A stretch of DNA of 64,000 bases from Thermodesulfobacteriota bacterium (GCA_049320885.1 JBMORA010000009.1:397882-461881), one strand, 5' to 3'. Positions 16,740 to 27,688 are shown, counted from the first letter of the stretch. Notes: generated from the sequence alone by a model not told the origin. Numbers and translations: made by a program.

Positions 16740-17627
16740 TCAAGTATTTTTTCCGGGTGCTTCCGGATTTTTTTCCGGATCGAAGGGGGAAGGGGATTCC
16801 TCATCGACTTGATCCTTTTCGAAGGAATCGCCGGTATAGGGTGAGACGTCATGGGGATTTCCGGGCGTCTCCGGGAGCGCGTCTTCCATGGCGTTTCCAC
16901 CGGAACCGGGAACGGCTGAGGCGTCCGTATCCAGGGCGGTGGCCGCCATACTGGTGTTTCCGGCTTCGGGATGCCCTGCGTATTCCAGCGGCCGTTCGGA
17001 TTCGGGTAATTGTTCGGCCAGGGCTTCGGCTTCGGGGGTCCGGCCGTCCAGGAGTCCGCCGCTTTCCGGTGGCTGATCGGCAAAGGGATTGGGCGTGCCC
17101 TCGCTCCGCCGGCTGAAGGACTCGATTTCCTTGAGGGAGGGCAGTTCCTTGAGATCCTTGAGCCCGAAAAGTTCCAGAAATTCCTTGGTGGTGGCGTAAA
17201 TCAGGGGCCTGCCGGGGATTTCCTTGCGGCCCAGAACGCGGATCAGCCTGCGCTCCATGAGCATGCGGAGAACGCCGCCGGAATCCACGCCCCGGATATG
17301 CTCGATATCCGTGCGCATGATGGGCTGACGGTAGGCGATGATGGCCAGGGTTTCCAGGGAGGCCTTGCTGAGCCGCGCTTGGCTTGGCTTGACCAGGCGG
17401 GTGACCCATTCGCGATAGGCTGGATTTGTGCGGAACTGATAGCCGCCGGCCACTTCGCACAGAATGAACCCGCCGCTGCGGGCTTCATATTCCGCAACCA
17501 GACGTCCCAAGGCGGTCCGGATGTCGGCCGGCTCCATCTCCGGCAGGGTGGTCTTGATGCGCTCCACGCTCAGGGGGTCGTCGGATATGAACAGCAGACT
17601 TTCAATGATGTTTTTCAGCTCGTCCAT
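16740..17627 (-). CDS. scpB: SMC-Scp complex subunit ScpB
   Basis: IIESLLF, VAGGYQFRT, LETLAIIAYRQP, IRGVDS, PGRP..Y.TT.EFL..FGL..L.ELP; acidic C-terminal extension. Confidence 0.95.
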   Translation of the reverse strand: MDELKNIIESLLFISDDPLSVERIKTTLPEMEPADIRTALGRLVAEYEARSGGFILCEVAGGYQFRTNPAYREWVTRLVKPSQARLSKASLETLAIIAYRQPIMRTDIEHIRGVDSGGVLRMLMERRLIRVLGRKEIPGRPLIYATTKEFLELFGLKDLKELPSLKEIESFSRRSEGTPNPFADQPPESGGLLDGRTPEAEALAEQLPESERPLEYAGHPEAGNTSMAATALDTDASAVPGSGGNAMEDALPETPGNPHDVSPYTGDSFEKDQVDEESPSPFDPEKNPEAPGKNT

Positions 17628-17658
17628 TGGTTCAAGCGAGGTTCATGCGCCGCAGAAT

Positions 17659-18369
17659 TTATAGGTAAAACAGCCGGATGACACCGGTCTGCAAATGCTG
17701 GGCTATCTGGATCAGGTTGAGTTTGGCCATTTCGAGAATCGCCAGGAAGGTGATCACGAAATCGCTTTTGTCAACTGCGCCCTCGAACAGTTCGGCAAAG
17801 GTCACAGAATTTCTTGCCTCCAGGATATCGATGATTTGACCGATGCGGTCTTTGACCGATATTTTATCCGCCGTCAAGGAGAAGGCCTGCTCCAGGTTGA
17901 TGTTTTCCAGGATTTTCTGGAACGCATCGATAAGCTCGAAGAGGCCCACCCGGATCAGTTCCGGTTCTTCGTCGGAGACCGCCGTTTCTTTCGAGGGCGA
18001 GCGGACAAAGGTGTGCTCCCCCAAAAGGGTCCGCTCGGAAAGTTCCTCAGCCGCCGCCTTGATCTGCAGGTATTCCTTCAGGGGGCGGGCGATTTCCATC
18101 CGCGGATCTTCCTCTTCCTCGGCGTCGTCATGCACGGGCAGGAGCATCCTGGATTTGATGTGCATGAGGGTCGCCGCCATGACCAGGAAATCCCCGGCCA
18201 GATCCACGTTCATGGCCTTCATCCACTCAATATACGCCAGAAACTGGTCCGTGATCAAGGCTATGGGGATATCGTAGATATCCACTTCGGCCTTGCGGAT
18301 GAGGTGGACCAGGAGGTCCATGGGCCCCTCGAATACATCCAGCTTCACCTGGTATTTGTCGTCCTGCAT
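17659..18369 (-). CDS. scpA: Segregation/condensation protein ScpA
   Basis: FEGPMDLL.HLI, DIPI..IT.Q, FLVMAATL..IKSRMLLP, TFLAILE. Confidence 0.95.
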   Translation of the reverse strand: MQDDKYQVKLDVFEGPMDLLVHLIRKAEVDIYDIPIALITDQFLAYIEWMKAMNVDLAGDFLVMAATLMHIKSRMLLPVHDDAEEEEDPRMEIARPLKEYLQIKAAAEELSERTLLGEHTFVRSPSKETAVSDEEPELIRVGLFELIDAFQKILENINLEQAFSLTADKISVKDRIGQIIDILEARNSVTFAELFEGAVDKSDFVITFLAILEMAKLNLIQIAQHLQTGVIRLFYL

Positions 18370-18383
18370 GGCCGATGGGGTCC

Positions 18384-19370
18384 CTATATTTTCAAGGCGG
18401 CCCTGACTTCCCGCATGGTCTGCTCCGCAACCGCCCGGGCCTTCCGATTCCCGCTTTCGATGATTTCTGCCACCAGTGCCGGACGGGCCTCATAGAAAGC
18501 GCGTTTCTCCCGAATGGGCGCAAGGGCCTCCGCCAGGTTGCGGGCCATGATTTTTTTACATTCCACGCAGCCGATTTCCGCCGAACGGCAATCCCGATCG
18601 ATGGATGCCAGGGTATCCGCATCCGTATACAACTGGTGAAAGCTGAATACGTTGCACACGTCCGGATTGCCCGGATCGGATCTCCTGGCCCGCTGGGGAT
18701 CGGTGATCATGCCGGAAACCGTGGTTGCGATGGTTTCCGGGCTGTCCGACAGGTAGATGGCATTCTGGTAACTTTTGCTCATCTTGCGGCGGTCGGTGCC
18801 CAGGATTTTGGAGGTCTTGGTCAGGACGGCCTCGGGTTCCGGGAACACATTGCCGTACAGAAAATTGAAGCGCCGGGCGATTTCCCGCGTGATTTCCACA
18901 TGGGGGACCTGATCGATTCCCACCGGCACCCCCTGGGCCTTGTAAATGATGATGTCGGCCGCCTGCAGTACCGGGTAGCCGAGGAATCCGAAGGTGGACA
19001 GGTCTTTGTTGGAAAGCTGGACGATCTGGTCCTTGTAGGTCGGATTGCGTTCCAGCCAGGGAACCGGTGTGATCATGGACAGGAGAAGAAAGAGTTCGGC
19101 ATGCTCCTTGATATGGGATTGAACGAACAGGGTGCTTTTTTCCGGCGACAAGCCCGCGCTCAACCAGTCAATCATCATCTGGCGGGTAAAATCCATGATG
19201 GCGGAGGTATTTTCATAGTCGCTGGTGAGGGCGTGCCAGTCGGCAATGAAGAAAAAACAATCATAAGTGTCCTGCATGCTGATCCAGTTGGCCAGGGCGC
19301 CGTGGAAATTGCCGAGATGCAGCGGCCCGGTGGGGCGCATGCCGCTGAGGATTCTTTTGGGGGCTGTCAT
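18384..19370 (-). CDS. trpS: Tryptophan--tRNA ligase
   Basis: SGMRPTG.LHLGN (HIGH-like), YPVLQAADI, VPVG.DQ..H, KMSKS. Confidence 0.97.
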   Translation of the reverse strand: MTAPKRILSGMRPTGPLHLGNFHGALANWISMQDTYDCFFFIADWHALTSDYENTSAIMDFTRQMMIDWLSAGLSPEKSTLFVQSHIKEHAELFLLLSMITPVPWLERNPTYKDQIVQLSNKDLSTFGFLGYPVLQAADIIIYKAQGVPVGIDQVPHVEITREIARRFNFLYGNVFPEPEAVLTKTSKILGTDRRKMSKSYQNAIYLSDSPETIATTVSGMITDPQRARRSDPGNPDVCNVFSFHQLYTDADTLASIDRDCRSAEIGCVECKKIMARNLAEALAPIREKRAFYEARPALVAEIIESGNRKARAVAEQTMREVRAALKI

Positions 19371-19465
19371 ACAACATCTCCTGATTCAAAATATGAACAC
19401 CAGCCCGCCGACCGCCGATCCGGCCTGCGGGGAATGGGTGTAAAACAAGTAAAACCCGCGACGCC

Positions 19466-22144
19466 TCAGGACTTTGCGAGACGTGCCTTGACGAAATCAA
19501 ATTCGTCCCGCCGGTCCTGAATCCGGCCGTCCAGCTTGGCGGCCAGAACCCCGTCCAGGATTTCCCGGAACATGGGTCCGGGGGGCACGCCCATTTCCAT
19601 CAGATCTTTTCCCCTGATCAGGACCTGGGTATGCCGGAGCTGGGTCACATAATGGGACAGGGCCCGCTCCACCTCTTCTTTCCGGGTGGCCGCCATCATG
19701 AACAAGATCTGCTCGATTTTATACTCCTTCAGCCGGTTGTAAATCCCGCTGTTGGTGGCCGGGAGTTTGTGTTCGAGCCGCATGAGGCCTTTTTCCATCT
19801 CCAGCCGGTCCTGGCTGAAAAATTTCAAGTGGCGCGGGGCCAGCTCCAGCCGCCGGCAGACATCATCCGAGACCTCCTGGGTGCAGCCTTTGATCAGGGC
19901 CAGGAAGTAAACGGTCCATCTATTATAGGATTCTTCCAGAAAAAGCAAATCGTGCCAGGCCAGGACTTTTTCCACGGCGCTGATCAGGGCGATGAGTTTT
20001 TTATCGGAATGGATGGCTGGATGGATCACGGGCAAGAGGTTGAAATCCGCCAGCCGGGAGATGGCCGGGGCCGGACTGTCCTCTTCCAGGATCTGACGCA
20101 GTTCGGAGAAAACCCGCCGGCCGCTCAGTCGCTTGAAAAAGTCCATTTTCACCGCGTTTTCGATCAGGCCGGCGGTCAATTTTCCGATGGTGAAATGAAA
20201 GCGCTGCTCGAAACGGATGGCCCGGAAAACCCGGGTGGGATCTTCCACGAAGCTGAGATTGTGCAAAATCCGGATGGTTTTTTCCTTGAGATCCCGCTGG
20301 GCGGAAAAAAAATCCAGCAGAATCCCAAAGCAGTCCGGCGACAGCTGGACCGCCAAGGTGTTGATGGTGAAATCCCGCCGGAAGAGATCCAGCTTCAGGG
20401 AACTCATTTCCACCGTGGGCAGGGCCGCGGGGAATTTGTAGTATTCCATTCTGGCGGAGGCCACGTCAATCTTAAAGCCGTCCGGATAAATGATCACCGC
20501 CGTGCCGAATTTGTCGTAGGTATGGACCCTGACGCCCGCTATCTCGGCGTATTTCCTGGCCAGGGCGATGCCGTCCCCTTCCACCACGATATCCACATCC
20601 TCATTGGGCCGATATAAAAACAGATCCCGTACGAGGCCGCCGATGATATAAGCATTGAAGCCGAGATCATGGGCCACCTGGCCGATGGAAACGAGAATTT
20701 CCATGATGCGGCTCGACAGCCGTTCCCGCATCAGTTTGCGGATATTGCGGGTTTTGGCGGTCAGGTGCCGCTTCATCGGATCACCGGCGCCGCCGCCGTT
20801 TTCGTGGGACTGGTCCACCAGGATGGTCAGGAGGTCGGTGCGGGTGATGACGCCTTTCAGCACGCCTTTGTCCACGACGGGCAGAATGCGTTGTTTGCGC
20901 TCGATGATTTTTTCCTGGATCTCCGTCAGATCGGCCGTCGGGTCCACAACGGCCAGTTCCGTCGACATGTATTCCCGCACCGGCACATGATCCAGTTTGT
21001 GGTACAGGGCCTTTTCAATGACCTGCCGGGAGATGTATCCCTCAATGTCTTCCATGCCATCCTGTTTCCGGGTGATCAACAGTGCGTTGACGTTGTACTG
21101 GGTCATCAGGCGGCTGGCCGCCTTGCAGGAAATATCCGGCTGGGCGGTGATGGCCGGGGATGACATCAGGTCCGCGGCCTGCCTGGCCGGACGGATGTTT
21201 TGGTACAGGGCTTCCAGGAGCAGCGATTCCACCTGGACCAGGGTTTTGTCCCGGATGGTGGCGGCCGCGGCAAAGGGGTGGCCGCCTCCCTCGAGGGGCG
21301 TTAATATGTCAACGACGTTTACTTCGGGGATCCGGCTGCGGGCCACGATATGGACCTTGTCGCCCATGCGCGCTACAGCGAAAAAGGCGTTCAGGCTCTC
21401 CATTTTCTGCATTTTATGGACCAGGAAGGCGAAATCCGGCACGTAGTCCTCGGTGGAGATGACGGAAACCGCGACCTCGATGCCGTTGATCTTGTAACGG
21501 GTGGTGGATTTGATCAGATCGTTGAGCAGGCCGACCTGTTCCGGGCTGAACTCCCGGGCGGTCAGATCGGCGATGATATTCAGATTGGCCCCCCTGGACA
21601 ACAAATAGGCGGCGGCGAGGAAATCCTGTTCGGTTGTGGAGGAAAACGTAAAGGAGCCGGTGTCCTCGTAAATCCCGAGGCACATGATGGTGGCTTCCTC
21701 CGGCGAGATGGGGATCTGTTTTGCCTTCAGGATGTGGGTCAGGATCGTGACGGTGGCGCCGGTGGGTTGATAGACTTCATAATCCGGCCGGATGTCGCCC
21801 TCGCCCGGCAGATGATGGTCGAAGATATGAATTTCCACTTGCCCGCTTTCCAGCAGTTCGGACAGCTTCCCGATCCGCTGACTCCGGCGGGTGTCCACCA
21901 GGACCAGGCGTTTCACTCCGGCCGGATCGATTTCATCGATATCGGCCATGTTGAACAGATAGGCCATGGAGTTGATGAAAAAATTGCGGATATTTTTTTC
22001 AGCGGATCCGGGGAAAACCACCTGGGCTTCGGGATACAGTTTCTGGGCGGCCAGCATGGAGGCAATGGCGTCAAAATCGGCATTGATGTGGGTTGTAATG
22101 ACCGTGGCGGGAGATTTCAGTTGTTTTTTGGATGGGGACGTCAT
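19466..22144 (-). CDS. DHH/DHHA1-CBS-tRNA nucleotidyltransferase (A-adding/CCA/poly(A) polymerase family)
   Basis: H.NADFD, DHH, EDTG, GGGH (DHH family); two CBS domains; GG.VRD, D.D, RRDFTIN, EDPTR..RA.RF. Confidence 0.92.
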   Translation of the reverse strand: MTSPSKKQLKSPATVITTHINADFDAIASMLAAQKLYPEAQVVFPGSAEKNIRNFFINSMAYLFNMADIDEIDPAGVKRLVLVDTRRSQRIGKLSELLESGQVEIHIFDHHLPGEGDIRPDYEVYQPTGATVTILTHILKAKQIPISPEEATIMCLGIYEDTGSFTFSSTTEQDFLAAAYLLSRGANLNIIADLTAREFSPEQVGLLNDLIKSTTRYKINGIEVAVSVISTEDYVPDFAFLVHKMQKMESLNAFFAVARMGDKVHIVARSRIPEVNVVDILTPLEGGGHPFAAAATIRDKTLVQVESLLLEALYQNIRPARQAADLMSSPAITAQPDISCKAASRLMTQYNVNALLITRKQDGMEDIEGYISRQVIEKALYHKLDHVPVREYMSTELAVVDPTADLTEIQEKIIERKQRILPVVDKGVLKGVITRTDLLTILVDQSHENGGGAGDPMKRHLTAKTRNIRKLMRERLSSRIMEILVSIGQVAHDLGFNAYIIGGLVRDLFLYRPNEDVDIVVEGDGIALARKYAEIAGVRVHTYDKFGTAVIIYPDGFKIDVASARMEYYKFPAALPTVEMSSLKLDLFRRDFTINTLAVQLSPDCFGILLDFFSAQRDLKEKTIRILHNLSFVEDPTRVFRAIRFEQRFHFTIGKLTAGLIENAVKMDFFKRLSGRRVFSELRQILEEDSPAPAISRLADFNLLPVIHPAIHSDKKLIALISAVEKVLAWHDLLFLEESYNRWTVYFLALIKGCTQEVSDDVCRRLELAPRHLKFFSQDRLEMEKGLMRLEHKLPATNSGIYNRLKEYKIEQILFMMAATRKEEVERALSHYVTQLRHTQVLIRGKDLMEMGVPPGPMFREILDGVLAAKLDGRIQDRRDEFDFVKARLAKS

Positions 22145-22480
22145 TTTCGATTCATACCGTTTTTCTTCAGGATTACCCGGTCCGCTGAGCCATAACCATT
22201 GCCGATGCCGGCCGTCATTTCTGGAGAACTCTGAGTAAATGTCATAATAACGTAATGTTACAAAAAACAGGGCCTCCCCTGGGACGATCTATGTAAATAC
22301 ACCGATCCGACCGGCGAATCAAGCGCAAGCATTGTCGCGGAAAAGAATGATGGAAAGCAGTTGTCGTTTGGAGCGTTGTATGATAGCAATTAAAAGGTAT
22401 ACTTCCGGTATCACACCTGCTGTTTTGAGGTAAAACGGGACGGTCATGGGAAAAGGGCAGCCCGGAAAAAGTCATTGAGA

Positions 22481-23431
22481 ATGGTTACGAATCCTCATCC
22501 GACCTATCGTTATCTGTTTGGACCGGTCCCTTCGCGACGATTAGGAATGTCTCTCGGAGTGGATCTGATGCCGCACAAGACATGCAGCCTGGATTGCGTT
22601 TACTGCGAATGCGGCAAAACCACCCATTTGACCGTCAAACAAAAGATCTATACCCCCCCGGAGGAAATCCGGCAGGAGCTCGACCGGTTTTTATCGCCGA
22701 ATCCGCGTCTGGACCATGTCACGTTTTCCGGCTCCGGAGAACCGACCTTGCACAGCGGGATCGGCGAGCTCATCGGTTTTTTGAAATCAGCCCACCCCAA
22801 CTACCGGGTGGCCCTGCTGACCAACGGGACCCTTTTTCATGATCCGCGCATCCGCAAAGCGGTTGCGGAGGTCGATATCGTTATCGCCTCCCTGGATGCT
22901 GCAACGGAGGATACTTTTGCCCGGCTGAACAGACCGCATCCCGGGTTGAACCTGGCAGACATGATCGAGGGGCTGGTCGCGTTGCGCAAGGAGTTTGCCA
23001 ACCAATTATGGCTTGAAATTTTTATTGTTCCGGGTATGAATGACACAGCGGAAGAGCTCGCCGAGATCCGCAAGGCCGTCCGGAAAATCAACCCGGACAC
23101 CATCCATTTGAACTCGCTGGATCGACCGGGAACCGAGGCCTGGGTCAACCCCCTGGGCAGGGAAAAATTGATTGAGATTCAGGAAATTATTGAAAAATCA
23201 GAGATCATCCACTATACTTCGACGAGCGGGTATAAACCGCTGCATTTGAAAAACGAGCATCAGCATATTATCGCTACCTTGAAAAGAAGGCCATGCACGG
23301 CAGAAGATGTTTCCCGTATTACAGGCGTAGCTGTCAATGACGTTCAACGGCACCTCGATGCACTGAGCAGGGAAGGCAGGATTCAGAAACAAAACATGCC
23401 GAGAGGTGATTTTTACAAGCTGAAGATCTAA
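22481..23431 (+). CDS. Radical SAM protein
   Basis: FGPVPSRRLG.SLG, CSLDCVYCECG (CxxxCxxC), SGSGEPTL, LTNG, SLDA; C-terminal HTH-like RRPCT. Confidence 0.9.
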   Translation: MVTNPHPTYRYLFGPVPSRRLGMSLGVDLMPHKTCSLDCVYCECGKTTHLTVKQKIYTPPEEIRQELDRFLSPNPRLDHVTFSGSGEPTLHSGIGELIGFLKSAHPNYRVALLTNGTLFHDPRIRKAVAEVDIVIASLDAATEDTFARLNRPHPGLNLADMIEGLVALRKEFANQLWLEIFIVPGMNDTAEELAEIRKAVRKINPDTIHLNSLDRPGTEAWVNPLGREKLIEIQEIIEKSEIIHYTSTSGYKPLHLKNEHQHIIATLKRRPCTAEDVSRITGVAVNDVQRHLDALSREGRIQKQNMPRGDFYKLKI

Positions 23432-23453
23432 TCGAGTCCATAAGGGGGATTGT

Positions 23454-24665
23454 ATGCCGGTATATTTATGGGAAGGAAAAAACAAAAAAGGCGAAATCCA
23501 GAAAGGTCAACTGGATGTGGTCAACGAGGATGCCCTGCGCGCCCATCTCCAGCGGGTAAGGATCACGCCGACCAAAATCAAGAAGAAGCCCAAGGATCTT
23601 TTCGCCGATGTGGAGTTTTTGAAGCCCAAAGTCAAGGAAAAAGATGTCATCGTTTTCGCCCGACAGTTTTCCACCATGATTGACGCCGGCCTGCCCATTA
23701 TCCAGTGCCTGGATATCCTGTACACACAGCAGGAAAACGTGACCTTCAAACAGTTGATCAAAACCCTGAAGGAATCCGTCGAAGGCGGCAACACCCTGGC
23801 GGAATCCCTGAAAAAATTTCCCAAACAATTCGACAATCTTTTCGTGAACATGGTGGCGGCGGGCGAGGCCGGCGGTATCCTGGACGTCATTCTCCGGCGT
23901 CTGGCCGCTTATCTTGAAAAAGCCGCCAAACTGAAGGCCCAGGTCAAGGGCGCGATGATGTATCCGGCCATCACCCTCGCCATTGCGGTGCTGGTGGTCA
24001 TCGTCATTCTCGTGTTCGTCATACCCGTTTTTCAGGAAATGTTCGCGAGTTTCGGCAAGGAACTGCCCCTCCCCACCCGGATCGTCGTCAACCTCAGCAA
24101 TATCGTGAAGTCCAAAATCCACTGGGTGATCATTTCCTTTGTCCTGCTGGTCATGGCCTATAGACGATTTTACAAAACCGAAAAAGGTCATGAATTGATG
24201 GATAACTTGTTTCTAAAGCTGCCGATTGTCGGCGTGCTGATCCGCAAGGTCGCCGTGTCCAAATTCACCCGCACCATGGGCACCATGATGGCCAGCGGCG
24301 TCGCGATCCTGGATGCCCTGGATATTGTGGCGAAAACCGCCGGCAACAAGACGGTTGAAAAGGCCATTTACCGGGTGCGCAGCGGAATTTCCGAGGGCCG
24401 CACCATGGCCGACCCGCTTTCGGAAAGCGGCGTCTTCCCCTCCATGGTCTGCTCCATGATCGCGGTGGGGGAATCCACCGGCGCGCTGGACGCCATGCTC
24501 GAAAAAATCGCCGATTTCTATGAGGATGAAGTCGACACGGCCGTTGAAAACCTGACATCGGCCATCGAGCCGTTGATGATGGTCTTCCTGGGGGGACTCA
24601 TCGGCGGATTGGTCATCGCCATGTACCTGCCCGTATTCCAGATGGCGGGCGCCCTCAGTGGTTGA
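23454..24665 (+). CDS. pilC: Type IV pilus platform protein PilC (T2SS F family)
   Basis: FARQFSTMIDAGLP, AGEAGG.LD, VGESTGALD.ML.K.A.FY, IAMYLP.F. Confidence 0.93.
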   Translation: MPVYLWEGKNKKGEIQKGQLDVVNEDALRAHLQRVRITPTKIKKKPKDLFADVEFLKPKVKEKDVIVFARQFSTMIDAGLPIIQCLDILYTQQENVTFKQLIKTLKESVEGGNTLAESLKKFPKQFDNLFVNMVAAGEAGGILDVILRRLAAYLEKAAKLKAQVKGAMMYPAITLAIAVLVVIVILVFVIPVFQEMFASFGKELPLPTRIVVNLSNIVKSKIHWVIISFVLLVMAYRRFYKTEKGHELMDNLFLKLPIVGVLIRKVAVSKFTRTMGTMMASGVAILDALDIVAKTAGNKTVEKAIYRVRSGISEGRTMADPLSESGVFPSMVCSMIAVGESTGALDAMLEKIADFYEDEVDTAVENLTSAIEPLMMVFLGGLIGGLVIAMYLPVFQMAGALSG

Positions 24666-24677
24666 AAAACGGTTTTC

Positions 24678-25994
24678 ATGACGCTGTCGGCACCTTCTCC
24701 CGATGAGGAATACAGTCAGAAGCTGAAAGGACTCATGTCATTTCGAGTCCTTTTCGCTTTTTTGCTGGGCGGCTCCATGTTTGTGTACCGCCTCTGGAAA
24801 CCCCCTCCCGCGCCCACCAGTCTTGCCGTTCTGATGATCTATGGCTTGGCAGGTTTGATTCTGGCCCTGTCGTTTTTGTATTTTTTCCTGTTTCGCTATT
24901 TCGGCAGGAAGATTTTTTTCACTTACCTGCAGCTGGGCATGGATGCAATTCTGACCACCTTCATCATCATGGTCACCGGCAGTTTTGCAAGCGTCTTCAG
25001 TTTCATGTATCTGCTGATCATCATCTGCTCCAGCATCCTGTTGTTTCGGAAAGGAAGCTTTATTTTAGCCAGTTTCTGCAGCGCACAATACGCGTTGCTC
25101 ATCGGCATGGAATATGCCGGGTACATGACCTCCTTCGGCATGGATGAGGATCTTGCCCGATCCGGCTGGCTTTTTGTGTTGTTCAAGGTACTGGCGATCA
25201 TCGCCGCCTGTTACGTCATCGCGATTTTAAGCAGTTTTCTGGCCGAGAGGGAAAAAAGAGCCCGGGAAGAACTCATGGCCATGGAGGCTCATGTGAAACG
25301 GGTGGAGAAAACCGCCGCCATGGGTGAAATGGCTGCCGGGCTGGCCCATGAAATCAAGAATCCTCTGGCTTCCATGACCGGTGCGATTCAATTGCTTCAG
25401 GAAGACAAGCGCCTGGAGCCTGACAAGGCCAAACTGATGAGGATCGTTCTGCGTGAGGCGGACCGGTTGAGCACTCTGGTAAGCGATTTCCTGCAGTTCG
25501 CTCGGCCGGTGGTCGGCAAACCCACCCGCATCCGGCTGGACAATGCGTTGAACGATATCGTGGCGCTTTTTGAAAAAGATTCGCGCTGCCGGGAAAAAGT
25601 TCGATTTGTCGTCAATACGATCCCGAACATCTGGATTCTCATGGATCCCGGACATTTACAGCAGGTGTTCTGGAATCTGTTTCTCAATGCGGTGGAGGCC
25701 GTTGATGAAAATGGCCAGGTGACCCTGAACATGATCCTGCAAAAGACCGGGCATGTCTGCATCGAAGTCGTGGACAACGGTCATGGAATGGATAAAACCA
25801 CGCTGGATTCCATTTTTGATCCGTTTTTCACCACGCGCTCCAAGGGTACGGGTCTGGGCCTTTCCATTGTCCAGCGCATTCTGGATGAATACGACAGCCG
25901 CTTGGACGTGGAAAGCAAACCGGGGCATGGAACAAAGTTTATCTTAAAATTAAAGCAGGTTGCGTCTCCAATCGGAGATCCAACTGGTGCTTGA
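24678..25994 (+). CDS. pilS: Membrane sensor histidine kinase, PilS-like
   Basis: Multi-TM N-terminus (TG...S.FSF.Y), AHEIKNPL H-box, NLFLNA, DNGHG, FDPFFTT, GTGLGL; directly follows pilC. Confidence 0.8.
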   Translation: MTLSAPSPDEEYSQKLKGLMSFRVLFAFLLGGSMFVYRLWKPPPAPTSLAVLMIYGLAGLILALSFLYFFLFRYFGRKIFFTYLQLGMDAILTTFIIMVTGSFASVFSFMYLLIIICSSILLFRKGSFILASFCSAQYALLIGMEYAGYMTSFGMDEDLARSGWLFVLFKVLAIIAACYVIAILSSFLAEREKRAREELMAMEAHVKRVEKTAAMGEMAAGLAHEIKNPLASMTGAIQLLQEDKRLEPDKAKLMRIVLREADRLSTLVSDFLQFARPVVGKPTRIRLDNALNDIVALFEKDSRCREKVRFVVNTIPNIWILMDPGHLQQVFWNLFLNAVEAVDENGQVTLNMILQKTGHVCIEVVDNGHGMDKTTLDSIFDPFFTTRSKGTGLGLSIVQRILDEYDSRLDVESKPGHGTKFILKLKQVASPIGDPTGA

Positions 25995-26143
25995 CACCTC
26001 CCTGTAAATAAGTTAGCTAAGCCTGACCGGGCCGATTTCCCATTCTTTGCATGGGGTGGGGCGGATTTTTTCGATTTGGATGCAGCCCGCTGCCAGAGCG
26101 GCGGCGGGGTATGGATGTGAAAACCACTGGGGTGAGACCATAA

Positions 26144-27637
26144 ATGGACGGGATGGAACAAAAAGTCGATCTGATTGAAAAAAGAAGACAGAAACTGGAG
26201 GCCTTGAAGCAACAGGGGGTCACGCTTTTCCCGAATGGTTTCCAGGTGGAGCACACGGTCGGTGACATCCGGGCGGCCATTGAGGCCCAACCGGAAACCA
26301 TGGCCGCCGGAAGTCCGGTTTTCCGGGTTGCGGGCAGGATCATGGCCGTCAACCTGTTCGGCAAGTCCGCCTTTATTCGTTTCAAGGACAGGACGGGCAA
26401 TCTTCAGGCCTACATCCGCACCGACAAGGTCGGCGCCGAGCGGTATGCCCTGTTCAAGCAGATGGATATTGGTGATTTCATCGGTTTGACGGGGACCGTG
26501 TTCCAGACCAAAACCGGTGAATGGACCCTGCTGGCGGATACCCTGGAGCTGCTCAGCAAGGCGGTAAGGCCCCTGCCGGAAAAATTTCATGGTTTGAAGG
26601 ATCCGGAAAAACGATACCGCCAGCGCTATGTCGATCTGATCATGAATGCGGAAACCCGTGAGATTTTCATCCGTCGCAGCCGTATTATTCAAGAAATCAG
26701 GACTTTTCTGCTACAGAAGGACTTCATGGAAGTGGAAACGCCCATGATGCAGCCCATTGCCGGCGGGGCCGAAGCCACGCCGTTCAAGACCCACCACAAT
26801 GCCCTGGGGATGGACTTGTACCTCCGGATCGCACCGGAATTGTATTTGAAACGTCTGGTGGTCGGCGGGTTCGAACGGGTATTTGAAATCAATCGCAATT
26901 TTCGTAATGAAGGAATTTCCACACGCCACAACCCCGAATTCACCATGCTGGAATTTTACCAAGCCTATGCCACCTATGAGGATCTGATGAATCTGACGGA
27001 AGAGCTGTTCCGGCAGGTGGCCGTGGCGGTGACCGGTTCGCCGGTTCTGGAATATCAGGGGGAATCCATTAATTTTTCAGGGACCTGGCGGCGTATCTCC
27101 TTGGTCGGGGCGCTCCAGGAAATCGGTGGGCTCGATCCCGGGCTGATAAACGATCGGGAAGGATTGCTGGCGTTCGCCGCCCGGCACCAGGTGACCATCA
27201 CCAAATCGGACCGGATCGGGAAAATCATCACCAAGCTGTTCGATAGCCTCGTGGAACCCAAGTTGATCCAGCCCACGTTCATAACGGGTTATCCGGTGGA
27301 GGTTTCCCCGTTATCGCGCAGAAGCGATCTGCATCCCGAATTGACCGAACGGTTCGAACTCTTCGTCGCCGGCAGGGAAATCGCCAATGGTTTTTCGGAA
27401 TTGAATGATCCGGAGGATCAGCGGGAGCGGTTTCTGCAGCAGGTGGCGGAGCGGGAAGCCGGGAATCCGGAGGCGCACCAGATGGATCACGATTATATCG
27501 ACGCCCTGGAATACGGTATGCCGCCCACGGCAGGAGAGGGAATCGGAATCGATCGGCTGGTCATGCTGTTCACCAATGCCGCATCCATCCGCGAGGTCAT
27601 CCTGTTCCCGCACATGAAACCGGCCGGAACCGTTTAG
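26144..27637 (+). CDS. lysS: Lysine--tRNA ligase (class II)
   Basis: RYRQRYVDL, EVETPM, GGA.A.PF.T, LRIAPELYLKRL, FRNEG, YGMPPT.G.GIGIDRL. Confidence 0.98.
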   Translation: MDGMEQKVDLIEKRRQKLEALKQQGVTLFPNGFQVEHTVGDIRAAIEAQPETMAAGSPVFRVAGRIMAVNLFGKSAFIRFKDRTGNLQAYIRTDKVGAERYALFKQMDIGDFIGLTGTVFQTKTGEWTLLADTLELLSKAVRPLPEKFHGLKDPEKRYRQRYVDLIMNAETREIFIRRSRIIQEIRTFLLQKDFMEVETPMMQPIAGGAEATPFKTHHNALGMDLYLRIAPELYLKRLVVGGFERVFEINRNFRNEGISTRHNPEFTMLEFYQAYATYEDLMNLTEELFRQVAVAVTGSPVLEYQGESINFSGTWRRISLVGALQEIGGLDPGLINDREGLLAFAARHQVTITKSDRIGKIITKLFDSLVEPKLIQPTFITGYPVEVSPLSRRSDLHPELTERFELFVAGREIANGFSELNDPEDQRERFLQQVAEREAGNPEAHQMDHDYIDALEYGMPPTAGEGIGIDRLVMLFTNAASIREVILFPHMKPAGTV

Positions 27638-27688
27638 TGCCGTTCCATTTCGGAAATAACCGGCAGCCGATGCCGGGCAAGGGCCGTC

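Noticed and set aside
16740..17110. Long acidic/Pro-rich ScpB tail as a fused domain
   Set aside because: Low-complexity disordered tails are common on ScpB; no motif evident.
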